This document shows positions 40,151 through 49,197 of a DNA stretch of 64,000 nucleotides, in pieces. The DNA is taken from the NCBI GenBank assembly GCA_035471785.1, contig DATIPQ010000083.1, forward strand, positions 10,569 through 74,568, read 5' to 3'. Both the position numbers and the translations under genes were made by a program. The stretch's first letter is position 1, and every line of letters begins with the position of its first letter. The notes under the pieces are model-generated. The model saw only the letters and a program-made list of their open reading frames with translations, searched no databases and was not told the origin of the DNA. Source of the stretch: Acidobacteriota bacterium. GTDB taxonomy: Bacteria > Acidobacteriota > UBA6911 > RPQK01 > DATIPO01.

Positions 40151-41023
40151 TCACAGGCGCGCCGACAAGTCGGCGAAGGCATCGGCGAGTATGGCGTGCT
40201 TACCTGAGAACTTGTCGAGAATGCGGTCGCGTTGCGCCGCATCGAGTTGGTAGAGTCCCGTCTCCGCATCCGCCTTGAGGCGGAAGTAATTGCGAGGGAT
40301 TAGGTAGAGATCGCTGTCTTCCTGCATCTGGTTGTATTCAACGCTGGCGCTGCTGCGTATCCGGACCCTCTTTTGTCCCAGCAGCCGGCTCACTTGCAGG
40401 TAGAGCAGCAGCAGGGCATTTCCGGGGTGGATGCCAAGCCGCTTCCAGACGGCCCCTTGGGCGGCCTGCGTCCCCTGGGTGCCTTGAATACTGACTACCG
40501 TCGTTTCGGGCCTGCATTCCTTCCATCTGAAGTAGCCGCCGACCTTGATCAGTTCTTCTTCGCCCTCCAGAAGGTGCAGCGCCGTGCCTCCCAACACCTC
40601 CCACATGCCTCGTTTGACGATGACGGAACAGCCGCCCAGCCCGAGCAGGCTCACGCCGCCCTGGTAAAAGCCCTCCAGGTCGCCGCCGGCAAGCCGGCTT
40701 TGCAGGGCGAGGACCCCTTCCATCTGCTCTACCGTCCTGCAGCCGCGAAGTTGAAAGGGACTAAGCCCGAGCGCCTGATGGCGGGCGAAGAATTCGCGGG
40801 CCTTGCGGACCTTCCCATAGTCGGCAGAGGACTGAACTCGGGACACGAACAGGCAAGCCGCATCCAGGTGGTGGAAGTGATCAGGCCCGCCTCGTTCCTT
40901 GATCGCTTGTTCCAGTTCACATTTTTCCTCCTGCGAGCGGGCCTGACAATAGGCACGCTCCAGCATGTCCAGATCGTAGGATGCGGGGAAATCAGAATTT
41001 CGGACGATGCTCTGCATTCGCAT
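40151..41023 (-). CDS. Hypothetical protein (290 aa), faint resemblance to the VirK/YbjX (DUF535) pattern
   Basis: The segment LLEGEEELIKVG...VVSIQGTQG...WKRLGIHPGNALLLLYLQVSRLLG loosely follows the DUF535 pattern (EGE..., IGGLQG, GLRPKNLLL). This is recognition from memory only. Confidence 0.4.
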   Translation of the reverse strand: MRMQSIVRNSDFPASYDLDMLERAYCQARSQEEKCELEQAIKERGGPDHFHHLDAACLFVSRVQSSADYGKVRKAREFFARHQALGLSPFQLRGCRTVEQMEGVLALQSRLAGGDLEGFYQGGVSLLGLGGCSVIVKRGMWEVLGGTALHLLEGEEELIKVGGYFRWKECRPETTVVSIQGTQGTQAAQGAVWKRLGIHPGNALLLLYLQVSRLLGQKRVRIRSSASVEYNQMQEDSDLYLIPRNYFRLKADAETGLYQLDAAQRDRILDKFSGKHAILADAFADLSARL

Positions 41024-41156
41024 ACTGCTTGCTTTCCGGTTGCCGGCGATGGTCGTTCAGCCGCCTTTAGGGGACTGGGATTACGGTAGCCGCCAATCCG
41101 CTCCCGGCCCGTTGCAGGACCGTGTCCGCAGGCGTTGCGGGCAAGGCAGAAAGGAT

Positions 41157-42581
41157 TCAGAAGCCGACTTCCATCTGGGCATAGGAAAAGTGGCTTTGGG
41201 TGGAGGTGCCGGCATCGCGCAGATATTGTCCGGTGAAGAAGCGGCTGTGGCCGACCACCAGTTTGAAGCGACTCACATCGAAGCTGAGCGTGAGGTCGAT
41301 TTCGCTCCCTGCGTCTGGAGAGAGGTCGCCAGCCGGCTGTTGAAAGACGCGGCCGCCGGCATCGTACCAGGCATCGGAATCCTCCTGAGCCAAGTAGAAC
41401 CGCTGGTAAGCCGCCCGCAGAGAAACCCGGCGTGAAAGACGGGTCTTGAAGACGAGTTCCGCATTGTGAAGATTCTGAAGCGCGAAAAAGTCCATGTGGC
41501 CGTAATAGGCGTGGTTGAGGGGAAAGAGGTTGTCGAAGGTCTCGTGGCGGGCGTCAGAGGCGTTGCGGTCTCCGCTTCCGAAATTGTAAGCCGCCCCGAT
41601 GTGAGAATTGGGCACGGCCTTGAGCGTATGTCCGATTCCCACATGCAGCATCATGGCCCTGTGCTCCTGGCCGCCGAAGGTGCCGAACTGGCGGGCGACC
41701 TCCATATCGGCATCCCATTGAGGGCGAAGGCATGCGGCACGCAGGCCAAAAGTATGGACGTTGTCGCCGGCGGCGCCTTGAAAGCGCATCAGCCAATAGG
41801 CCTCGAGCTGAGCGTCCCGGATCAAGGTCTTGTCCGTAAAGTAGACGCCGTGAAGCTGGCTGTCGAACATTCGGCTGCCGGTCGGCGCATGGTCATTGAA
41901 GGCGTCCGGCCTGACAGGAACCAGACGGGTCGCAAAGAAATCGACTCCACGCCTTTGCGGGTCGCCAAGGGTAAGCCGGGCTCCGTCCCAAACACGGGCG
42001 GTATTGGCCCATTCCAGCGATGCGACCAGTCTCTGTGCGCCCAGGTTCAGCTTTTGGCGGCCGACGCGGAGCTTGGCAGGCAAACGGCTGTCGGGAGCCA
42101 AACCGACGTCCAGATGGGCCTGGTGGATGTCGAGTTGATCGGAGGTAAGGTTGGGGACTGCCTTTTCGTCGATGAAGTCCTCGCCCCAGATGCGCGCGTC
42201 CTGGAGTTCGATAAAAGCCGCCAAGCGGCCCTCCCAGCGGGCGGGAGCCCAGGTCAGATGGAGCCGCAAACGAGAAAGCGTAAAATCTTCGTCGGCGGCC
42301 GCCTGGGCCTCATCGAACCTGACTCCGCGTTTGATTTCGAAGCGGGCACGAAGAGTGGCGGAGGCGCTCAGCGAGGGTGCAACCGGTCGCGGACCCGGAG
42401 TGCCGAGGCTCTCCGCCCCAGCGCCGGCTGAAGCCATCTCCTTCGGGGGGCCGATCCTATCGGGCGATTCGGTGACCGGTTCCTCCTGGGCAATGGCGAC
42501 AACGCCTCGGATGCAGAGCGATATGACGATCATGGCCAACCAGCATCGAAAAGCGGAGGCGTTGACCGACTTCCTTTTCAT
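41157..42581 (-). CDS. Outer-membrane beta-barrel, alginate-export (AlgE-like) porin family
   Basis: Signal peptide from MKRKSVNAS with GGAGGAGG upstream. Motifs LRLHLTW, ELQDARIWGE, VGRQKLNLGAQRLVASLEWANTARVWDG, and a terminal aromatic (EVGF). Confidence 0.65.
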   Translation of the reverse strand: MKRKSVNASAFRCWLAMIVISLCIRGVVAIAQEEPVTESPDRIGPPKEMASAGAGAESLGTPGPRPVAPSLSASATLRARFEIKRGVRFDEAQAAADEDFTLSRLRLHLTWAPARWEGRLAAFIELQDARIWGEDFIDEKAVPNLTSDQLDIHQAHLDVGLAPDSRLPAKLRVGRQKLNLGAQRLVASLEWANTARVWDGARLTLGDPQRRGVDFFATRLVPVRPDAFNDHAPTGSRMFDSQLHGVYFTDKTLIRDAQLEAYWLMRFQGAAGDNVHTFGLRAACLRPQWDADMEVARQFGTFGGQEHRAMMLHVGIGHTLKAVPNSHIGAAYNFGSGDRNASDARHETFDNLFPLNHAYYGHMDFFALQNLHNAELVFKTRLSRRVSLRAAYQRFYLAQEDSDAWYDAGGRVFQQPAGDLSPDAGSEIDLTLSFDVSRFKLVVGHSRFFTGQYLRDAGTSTQSHFSYAQMEVGF

Positions 42582-42704
42582 GCCTCCTCCTCGGCAATTG
42601 AAGCCTCTTTGTGCATGATCTACCGTCGTCTTGGAATCCCGAGGCCGAGTAGCATCCGTCATCTCGCTTCAGCTTCTGATCCGATCAGCATCGAGACAGG
42701 TGTC

Positions 42705-43667
42705 TTACTCAGACTGGTCTTCGGAGTTGGGAGAAGGAACTTTGTACCTCATCTCGCCTCCAAAGCCCAATGCGTCATTGGAGGAATGTCCGGCTCTGGC
42801 CGCGCTGGCCAGCAGCGCGGCATCGGCCCCGATCCTCTCCTGACCGGGTATCCTGGAATGGATTCCGTCGGCCGGGCTGCCGGGCCTGAATCCGCCCTCC
42901 CCTTGCAGCATCGAAAGCAAAGCGGCCCGCAGTTCGTAAAAGCGGGGCTCACGAAGCAGCCGTCCCATGTCACGCGGCCGCCGGAAGGGGACGGCGACCT
43001 CCTGCTTGATCTTGGCCGACGGCCCGTCGCTCATGACCAGGATGCGGTCGGAAAGCTTGATGGCCTCATCGACGTCGTGGGTAACCATGACCACTATCTT
43101 GCGTTCCGCTTCCCAAACCTGGAGAAGCTGATCTTGGAGCGTCAGGCGGGTAAGAGCATCTAAAGCGCCGAAGGGCTCGTCCAGCAAAAGGACTCTGGGT
43201 TGGATTGCGAAGGCCCGTGCGATGCAGACACGCTGCCGCATGCCGCCCGAGAGCTGGTTGGGTTTCTTGTCGAAGGCTTCGGCCAGGCCCACCAGCCTCA
43301 AGTACTTGCCCGCTAACCGCCTCCGCTGTCGGACTGAGGCCGCCGACATGGTGCAGTCCAGTGCGAAACACAGATTATCGAGCGCGGTCAGCCACGGCAG
43401 CAGAACATCGTCCTGGAAGACCACGCCTCGATCGGCGCCCGGCCCGCTGATGGGGCGTCCGCCCAGCGACAGATATCCCTCGTCAAAGGTCAAGAGTCCG
43501 GCGATGATGTTAATGAGCGTCGACTTGCCGCAGCCCGAGGAGCCGATCAGCGCAACGAACTCTCGATCAGCCACCCTCAGGTCGATCCCGTCCAGAACCT
43601 GGGTAGTGACTCCGCGGGCGGTGAAGCTCTTGCTGATCCCGGAGAGGGCCAGGTAGCCGTCATTCAT
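42705..43667 (-). CDS. ABC transporter ATP-binding protein, NitT/TauT family (NrtD/CmpD-like)
   Basis: Walker A GSSGCGKST, VVFQDDVLLPWLTALDN, signature LSGGMRQR, Walker B LLLDEPFGALD, and a C-terminal ...RRPRD... tail as in NrtD-type subunits. Confidence 0.85.
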   Translation of the reverse strand: MNDGYLALSGISKSFTARGVTTQVLDGIDLRVADREFVALIGSSGCGKSTLINIIAGLLTFDEGYLSLGGRPISGPGADRGVVFQDDVLLPWLTALDNLCFALDCTMSAASVRQRRRLAGKYLRLVGLAEAFDKKPNQLSGGMRQRVCIARAFAIQPRVLLLDEPFGALDALTRLTLQDQLLQVWEAERKIVVMVTHDVDEAIKLSDRILVMSDGPSAKIKQEVAVPFRRPRDMGRLLREPRFYELRAALLSMLQGEGGFRPGSPADGIHSRIPGQERIGADAALLASAARAGHSSNDALGFGGEMRYKVPSPNSEDQSE

Positions 43668-44520
43668 AGCTGACCATCCCTTCCAGCCTCTGCACGAGGC
43701 GGTCCAGGACGAGCCCTGTAGCTCCCGTCGCCAAGATGGCGACCACGATGCTGGCTACGTTGAGGTTGTTCCACTCGTTCCAGACAAAATATCCGATGCC
43801 GCGCCCTCCGACCAGCATCTCGGCGGCCACGATCACCAGCCAGGCGATGCCCAGCGAGATGCGCAGACCGGTTACGATTCCGGGCAAAGCCGAGGGAAGC
43901 ACGATCCGGCGCAACACGGTGGAGCGCTTGGCGCCAAGGGTTCGGGCCAAATCGCAGTATTGGGCGGGAACCGAGCGCACTCCCGCAACCGTATTCAGCA
44001 GCAACGGCCACAGCGAAGACATGAAAATGACGAATACCGAGGTCGGTTCGGACTTGCCCAGCAGGGCCAGACCGATGGGGAGCCAGACCAGGGGCGAAAC
44101 GGGCTTGAGCACCTGGACAAAGGGATCCACAGCCCGGGCCAGGGTGGGGGACCTGCCGATGAGAAACCCCAGCGGCACCGCCGTCGCCGCCGCCAGCAGG
44201 AACCCGATGGCGACCCTGCGGAGTGAAGCCAGCAGGTGCCAGCCGATTCCGACATGATTCACGCCCCGTCTGAAGAACGGCTGCGAGAAGATTTCGACAG
44301 CTTGTTGCCAGACCTGATAGGGGGAAGGGGCCAGAGTCAGCACCAGCCGAAAGCGGACGGCCAGATCCCAAGCCACCAGGAAGGCAGCGAGAATCACCAG
44401 AAAGAGGGCAAAGGACCGAACCTGCTTCCGCTGCAGGATCGAACCCGGCCATCTTTCCAGGTCGGTCAGGAGGGTATGAAAACGCGCCCTCCGGATCGCC
44501 CCCGAGCTGCGTTTCTTCAC
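43660..44520 (-). CDS. ABC transporter permease, NitT/TauT family (NrtB-like)
   Basis: Six predicted TM helices and an EAA-like loop (ARTLGAKRSTVLRRIVLPSALPGI). Its stop overlaps the ATPase start by 8 nt. Confidence 0.85.
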   Translation of the reverse strand: MKKRSSGAIRRARFHTLLTDLERWPGSILQRKQVRSFALFLVILAAFLVAWDLAVRFRLVLTLAPSPYQVWQQAVEIFSQPFFRRGVNHVGIGWHLLASLRRVAIGFLLAAATAVPLGFLIGRSPTLARAVDPFVQVLKPVSPLVWLPIGLALLGKSEPTSVFVIFMSSLWPLLLNTVAGVRSVPAQYCDLARTLGAKRSTVLRRIVLPSALPGIVTGLRISLGIAWLVIVAAEMLVGGRGIGYFVWNEWNNLNVASIVVAILATGATGLVLDRLVQRLEGMVSYE

Positions 44521-45761
44521 GTGAGCGTCCTTTCCGTCCAGGAGAGCGGGTCGCGGGCGTCAAAGGGGCGTCCCTCGATCATCACCGGTTTGAAGACCTC
44601 GCTGGGCGCAGTCGCTCCCAAGGCTTGCAGAGCCTCCCGCGAAGCCGAGGTATCGAAGACCGGCCTCACATAGGCTTCGAAATCGGCGGGGGTCTCGAGA
44701 CGCTCTTTGGGCACGTATCCCCAACGCACCATCTGGGTGGCCATCCAGACGCCGAAGCTCTGCCACGGATAGGGATCGAAGTCGATGCGGTTGGGAACCG
44801 AGCGGGTCGCGCCCAAGCCGTCTTCAAATTGCCCCGTAAGCACGGCCCTTACCACTGATTCGGGCTGATTCAGGTACTCGGAGGGCGCAAGGACGGCGGC
44901 GATGTCGGCGCGGTGTGTCGGCTCGTGAGCCCACAAAGCGGCGTCGCTGACAGCCCGTAACAAGGCCCTGTAAGTATTCGGATAGGAGACGGCGAAATCG
45001 TCAAGCACGGCGAATCCGCAACAGGGATGTCCTTCCCAGAGGTCGACCGTCAGCTTGTGCAGGAATCCGGCGCCCTCGTAGACCGCCCTCTGATTGGGAG
45101 GATCGGGCCCCAGAAAACCGTCGATATTGCCCGAAATGAGATTGGCCAGCATGTCGGGCGGACGCATGACGCGGATGTCGACGTCGTTGTCTGGATCAAG
45201 GCCTAGACCGGCCAGGTAGTTGCGCAGCTGGTAGTTGGGCATCGAGTATTCGAAGGCCACCGCCAACACCTTGCCCCGAAACCCCTCGGCGGTGGCAGGC
45301 ATATCCCGGTGCCGCTTGGCCATCGTGATGGCACAGCCGTTCACGTTGCCGATTACGGCAAGACGGGTCGGCACGGCGGCCGATCCCACCCCATGGGTGA
45401 TGGCCAGAGGCATGGGCGAGAGCATATGGCTGGCATCGATTTCGCCTGCGATGAGAGAGTCCCTGATCTCGGCGTAGCCGGAGAACTTGACGAGGCTCAC
45501 GTCGAGGCCATGCTTGGCATAGAAGCCCTGCGGCTTGGCCATAATGAAGGGAGTCGCGCAGGTGATGGGGATGAAGCCGACCCGCAGCTTCCTCTTTTCG
45601 ATGTCGCTCAGAACGCCGACGTCGCGGACACCCAGCACTTGGCCGGGACTCTGCGCAGCAGGACCCGAATCGCCGCTGTTTCCGCAGGACGACAGCATGG
45701 CCCCGCCGGCGCCGGCGCCGACGAGTTTTAAGAAGGCCCTCCGGTCACATGATTTGCTCAT
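44517..45761 (-). CDS. NrtA/CmpA-family ABC substrate-binding lipoprotein with Tat signal
   Basis: Tat/lipobox MSKSCDRRAFLKLVGAGAGGAMLSSC. LRVGFIPITCATPFIMAKPQGFYAKHGLDV...IRDSLIAGEIDASHMLSPMPLAIT closely follows the NrtA/CmpA N-lobe pattern. The size of about 414 aa fits NrtA rather than SsuA/TauA. Confidence 0.8.
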   Translation of the reverse strand: MSKSCDRRAFLKLVGAGAGGAMLSSCGNSGDSGPAAQSPGQVLGVRDVGVLSDIEKRKLRVGFIPITCATPFIMAKPQGFYAKHGLDVSLVKFSGYAEIRDSLIAGEIDASHMLSPMPLAITHGVGSAAVPTRLAVIGNVNGCAITMAKRHRDMPATAEGFRGKVLAVAFEYSMPNYQLRNYLAGLGLDPDNDVDIRVMRPPDMLANLISGNIDGFLGPDPPNQRAVYEGAGFLHKLTVDLWEGHPCCGFAVLDDFAVSYPNTYRALLRAVSDAALWAHEPTHRADIAAVLAPSEYLNQPESVVRAVLTGQFEDGLGATRSVPNRIDFDPYPWQSFGVWMATQMVRWGYVPKERLETPADFEAYVRPVFDTSASREALQALGATAPSEVFKPVMIEGRPFDARDPLSWTERTLT

Positions 45762-45767
45762 CAGTCT

Positions 45768-46553
45768 TCAACCTCCATTGAATGGAACAGGGTCGGCCGC
45801 GAAACGGACGCTCAAGAAAGGGAAGCGCAGCATCGTCTTGCCGATGTCGCGATCGGCCGAACGGGTAGTCTCGGCCGGGTCGACCCAGCAGGCGCCGCGC
45901 ATGACCTTGAACTCGCCCTCCGGGGCACCTTGGGGGTCGACCGCGGGTGCGGTGCCTAGGTCTTCCTGATAGATGTCTTGGATCCACTCCCAGGCATTGC
46001 CGTGCATTTCGAAAAAGCCCCAGGCATTGGGAGGCAGAGACCTGACCTCGACGGTTTCATCTCGGTAGATCCCCTTCTCTCCGCCCGGGTAAGGGAAGTT
46101 GCCGTTGTAGTTGACTTGGTCGGTGGTAATGTTCTCTCCGAAGGAAAAGGGAGTCTGAGTGCCTGCTCGGCAGGCATACTCCCATTCCGCTTCGGTGGGC
46201 AGCCGAAACCTCCAGCCGTCGAGGCCCCGGTTGATGGTCCGTGCGAACTCCTGGGTGTCGTTCCAGCTCAGTTGCTCGACGGGCTTGTTTTCGGCCTTCG
46301 ACCAGGAGGGGTTTGATCCCATCACTTCCTGCCAAAGCAGTTGGGTACAGGCAGTATCCGACAGGAAGAAGGGCTTGGTGATGGTTACCGGGTGCAGCAC
46401 TTCGTGAGCCATGCGTCCCGGCTCAGAATCGGGCGAACCCATCATGAACCGACCGGGTTTCACCAACCGCATCCGCGCCAGAGCACGGCCTACATTGAAT
46501 TCGACATATTCGCCATACTGATCGCTGCCGCCATGGAAACTCCAACGGCTCAT
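45768..46553 (-). CDS. Formylglycine-generating-enzyme (SUMF1/FGE-sulfatase) family protein, no signal peptide
   Basis: FMMGSPDSEPGR, QLSWNDTQEF, RLPTEAEWEYACRAGT, PNAWGFFEMHGNAWEW and RGACW. The start at MSRWSF (46553) forms an ATGA overlap with the upstream desaturase stop. Confidence 0.8.
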   Translation of the reverse strand: MSRWSFHGGSDQYGEYVEFNVGRALARMRLVKPGRFMMGSPDSEPGRMAHEVLHPVTITKPFFLSDTACTQLLWQEVMGSNPSWSKAENKPVEQLSWNDTQEFARTINRGLDGWRFRLPTEAEWEYACRAGTQTPFSFGENITTDQVNYNGNFPYPGGEKGIYRDETVEVRSLPPNAWGFFEMHGNAWEWIQDIYQEDLGTAPAVDPQGAPEGEFKVMRGACWVDPAETTRSADRDIGKTMLRFPFLSVRFAADPVPFNGG

Positions 46554-47551
46554 GATTGCCTCCGCGCCGGCAAGGCCTGTGAGATGCTCCCCAAAGCCTG
46601 CAACGCCCCTTCCAGCCGTGGCAGTGAGGCGTAGACTGGATCCCGCGCCAGCACGCGGTCCACCTCTTCCAGCCTCCATAAGGGAACGTAAGGGAAAAGG
46701 TGGTGGACCAAGTGAAAGCCCTCGCCCTTCTTCTCGCCCAGGATGAACCTCTCAAACCAGTTTGAATCGCGGTTCCAGGACATGTACAGGTCGAGCCGCG
46801 GATTGGCCGATTCGACCAGCGGATAGTGTTCCATCAGTTCCGCCAGCATCCCGATCCAGACCTGGGTGGTGATCAGCGGCAGCAACCAATAGGCGGCGAG
46901 AATGTCCAGCCAGCCTCCGAATACGGCCAGGACTATGGCGGCGGCGAAGAAGAGGAGCCTTATCAGAGACTCGCGGCGCCGCTCCTCAGGGTTCCAAATC
47001 CTGTAGCGCAGGAGATGGGAGATATAGGAAAGCGTGGTGCGCGGGCCGGCGATGGAGCGCAGATGGCGGCGCAAGGCTCCCCGCTCGAGGTTGTGGCCGC
47101 ACAATCCGTAGCGCTGGTACTGCTGGTAGTCGGGATCGCGGCGGGGATCGCCCAAGCGGCCGTGGTGATCGCGCAGGTGAGACGCCCAATACCCCGTGTA
47201 GCTCTGAAGTACGGGATATCCACCCAGAAGCGTCCCCAGCAGGCGCCCCAGAGTCTTGTTCGACATCAGCGTGCCGTGACAGGCTTGATGGAGCACCCCC
47301 GCCAGCGCCCGCTGCCGCCCTCCGATAAAGAAGACCGCCGGCAGGAAGACAAGCAAGGCAACGGCGGGATGCAGCACGCGCCAGGCATAGAGGGAAATCC
47401 AAATCCAGAAGCCGATGACGAGCCAGTGCTCGGCGATTTCCAGCGGGCCGTGCCAATTGTCTAATCGGGAATGAGACCTGACGGCTTTCAGGATCTCCTT
47501 CGAGAAACGATGTCGCCTGGCCGGCTGAGCCTTCCCTTGAGCCGAGCTCAT
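46550..47551 (-). CDS. Membrane fatty-acid-desaturase-family di-iron protein (paralog 1)
   Basis: His boxes HQACH, HLRDHH and HLVHH, with hydrophobic helices between them. Confidence 0.75.
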   Translation of the reverse strand: MSSAQGKAQPARRHRFSKEILKAVRSHSRLDNWHGPLEIAEHWLVIGFWIWISLYAWRVLHPAVALLVFLPAVFFIGGRQRALAGVLHQACHGTLMSNKTLGRLLGTLLGGYPVLQSYTGYWASHLRDHHGRLGDPRRDPDYQQYQRYGLCGHNLERGALRRHLRSIAGPRTTLSYISHLLRYRIWNPEERRRESLIRLLFFAAAIVLAVFGGWLDILAAYWLLPLITTQVWIGMLAELMEHYPLVESANPRLDLYMSWNRDSNWFERFILGEKKGEGFHLVHHLFPYVPLWRLEEVDRVLARDPVYASLPRLEGALQALGSISQALPARRQS

Positions 47552-48534
47552 GCCCCCCTCCTGACTTGCCTGACAGCCGGCCTCTCACGCCACCGGACTG
47601 CCCGCCCGCGGTGAAGGAACCCGAGCAAAGCCGGTACCGGCGAGACCAAGTGGTGTTTGCCTTGGGCCTGGCTAAGCCCACCGGCGCGGATCTGGGGAAG
47701 GCGGCTCCAGTGAGCCTGGGGGCTTAGATGATGTTCCTGGTGATAGCCGTCGTTGAAAGTCAGAAGATTATAAAGTCGGCCATAGTAGCTTACCGAGTTG
47801 GCATAACGGTCTTCCGGCGAGGCGCCGTAATGCTCGTAATAGTTTTGCACGTTGACGAGAGCGAAAGACAGGTAGAGAGCCGGCAGGTAAACAAAGACCG
47901 CCCATTGCCAGTCAAGGGCCAGAAAGAGGACGATGCCGACGCTCAGAGCCATCCTATCGAGCTGGATCTGGCGTTGTTCGGCACGCCTCTTAAGAGGATT
48001 CCGCGACAGCAGCGAGCGGAGTTCCGACTCGCGTCCGCCCACACGCCACAGCCGCAAGACCGAGAGCAGAGCCCGGCCCACGCCTAAGAGCGTCGTCGCG
48101 GCTCCCCAAAATGCGTATCGCAGCAGCCCTGCGTGGTCGTCTCCCTCGCCGTCGCGAAAAGTCGAAGAGAAGTCCCCGGTAGTGCCGTCCGCCCTTTTGC
48201 GGTCGTTGTGGTAGCGATGGTGGTTGCGCACGTGAAAAAGCTCATACGCCTTCACCGACTGAGCGATGTTGAGGGAATTGAGCATGGAAACCAACCGGTT
48301 GAGAAAAGGGGACCGGAACCAAGCCTGGTGGGTGAAGACATGAGAGATGACGATGATGTTGTAGACGGTCATCAGCACCACCACGGGCAAGCCTGCAAAA
48401 CGGGTGACAGCGGAGCCGTCCCTCCAGGTCAGGGCAAGCGTCAAGGTCAATGTCAGATGGGCGACGCTGAGCCCCGCCAGAATGGCGTCTCGCGGCGTAA
48501 ACCTGCATAGCCTCATCACGATACTTCTCTCCAC
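47548..48534 (-). CDS. Membrane fatty-acid-desaturase-family di-iron protein (paralog 2)
   Basis: His boxes HVFTH, HVRNHH and HQEHH. A 4-nt overlap with paralog 1. The start may be at MRLCRF (48516). Confidence 0.75.
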   Translation of the reverse strand: MERSIVMRLCRFTPRDAILAGLSVAHLTLTLTLALTWRDGSAVTRFAGLPVVVLMTVYNIIVISHVFTHQAWFRSPFLNRLVSMLNSLNIAQSVKAYELFHVRNHHRYHNDRKRADGTTGDFSSTFRDGEGDDHAGLLRYAFWGAATTLLGVGRALLSVLRLWRVGGRESELRSLLSRNPLKRRAEQRQIQLDRMALSVGIVLFLALDWQWAVFVYLPALYLSFALVNVQNYYEHYGASPEDRYANSVSYYGRLYNLLTFNDGYHQEHHLSPQAHWSRLPQIRAGGLSQAQGKHHLVSPVPALLGFLHRGRAVRWRERPAVRQVRRGA

Positions 48535-48669
48535 TAAGTCTCGGCTAACCTTGAAGAATTCTCAGAACCGGGAAGAATGTTAGCGGCGGACTGGTCTCGT
48601 TTCGTTGCCGGCACGTATCAAGCGCCGTTCCCGCAAGGACGAATGAAAAAGGAGGCTGAGGAAGAAGGT

Positions 48670-49197
48670 TCAGTCTCGGTCCGGCTCGAGCTTGTAGATC
48701 CATTCGTCGATTTCTTTGTCGCGGGCGTTGGCGAAGGCCTTTTCCTCTCCTGCCAGGGAAAAGCCTCCCTTTTCAAGGACCCGGACGGAAGCCCGGTTGT
48801 CTTTGGCGGTACGGGCATACAAGGGCCGCTTCGGGACCAAGTCCAGCAAGAGCTTCAAGGCGCGGGTGGCGAAGCCTTTACCCCAGTGCTCTTTACCCAG
48901 CCAGTAGGTCACCTCGGGAGTTCCCTCGCGTTCAAAGCAGGAGATCATTCCGATCACCTCGCCGTCCACGTCGATGGTTCTCTTGATCACCGAATCGTCG
49001 GCCAAGATCTTCTTCCAGCGTTTCATGAAGGCCTCCTCGTCATGTGGCGACTTGGGGACGAAGGCGGCCATATGTCTGGCGTCGGGATCGCGCTGCTGCA
49101 GGAAGAAGACGGGAAGATCGTCTTCGTCTATTTCGCGCAGTATGAGTTTTTTCTTCACCAGAAGCCTATGATGCCAGGTAAGACTGCAGCTCTCCAC
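48670..49197 (-). CDS. GNAT-family N-acetyltransferase (RimJ/RimL-like)
   Basis: LILREIDEDDLPVFF...YWLGKEHWGKGFATRALKLLLD...ARTAKDNRASVRVLEKGGF. The start overlaps the amidinotransferase 3' end by about 32 nt. Confidence 0.75.
   Translation of the reverse strand: MESCSLTWHHRLLVKKKLILREIDEDDLPVFFLQQRDPDARHMAAFVPKSPHDEEAFMKRWKKILADDSVIKRTIDVDGEVIGMISCFEREGTPEVTYWLGKEHWGKGFATRALKLLLDLVPKRPLYARTAKDNRASVRVLEKGGFSLAGEEKAFANARDKEIDEWIYKLEPDRD

Noticed and set aside
42705-46553. Reading the ABC transporter plus FGE-like gene as a sulfonate/sulfate-ester utilisation unit (SsuABC plus a sulfatase maturase)
   Set aside because: The binding protein has a Tat signal, a length of about 414 aa and an NrtA/CmpA-like N-lobe rather than SsuA/TauA features. 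No sulfatase gene is present, and the FGE-like protein lacks a signal peptide.
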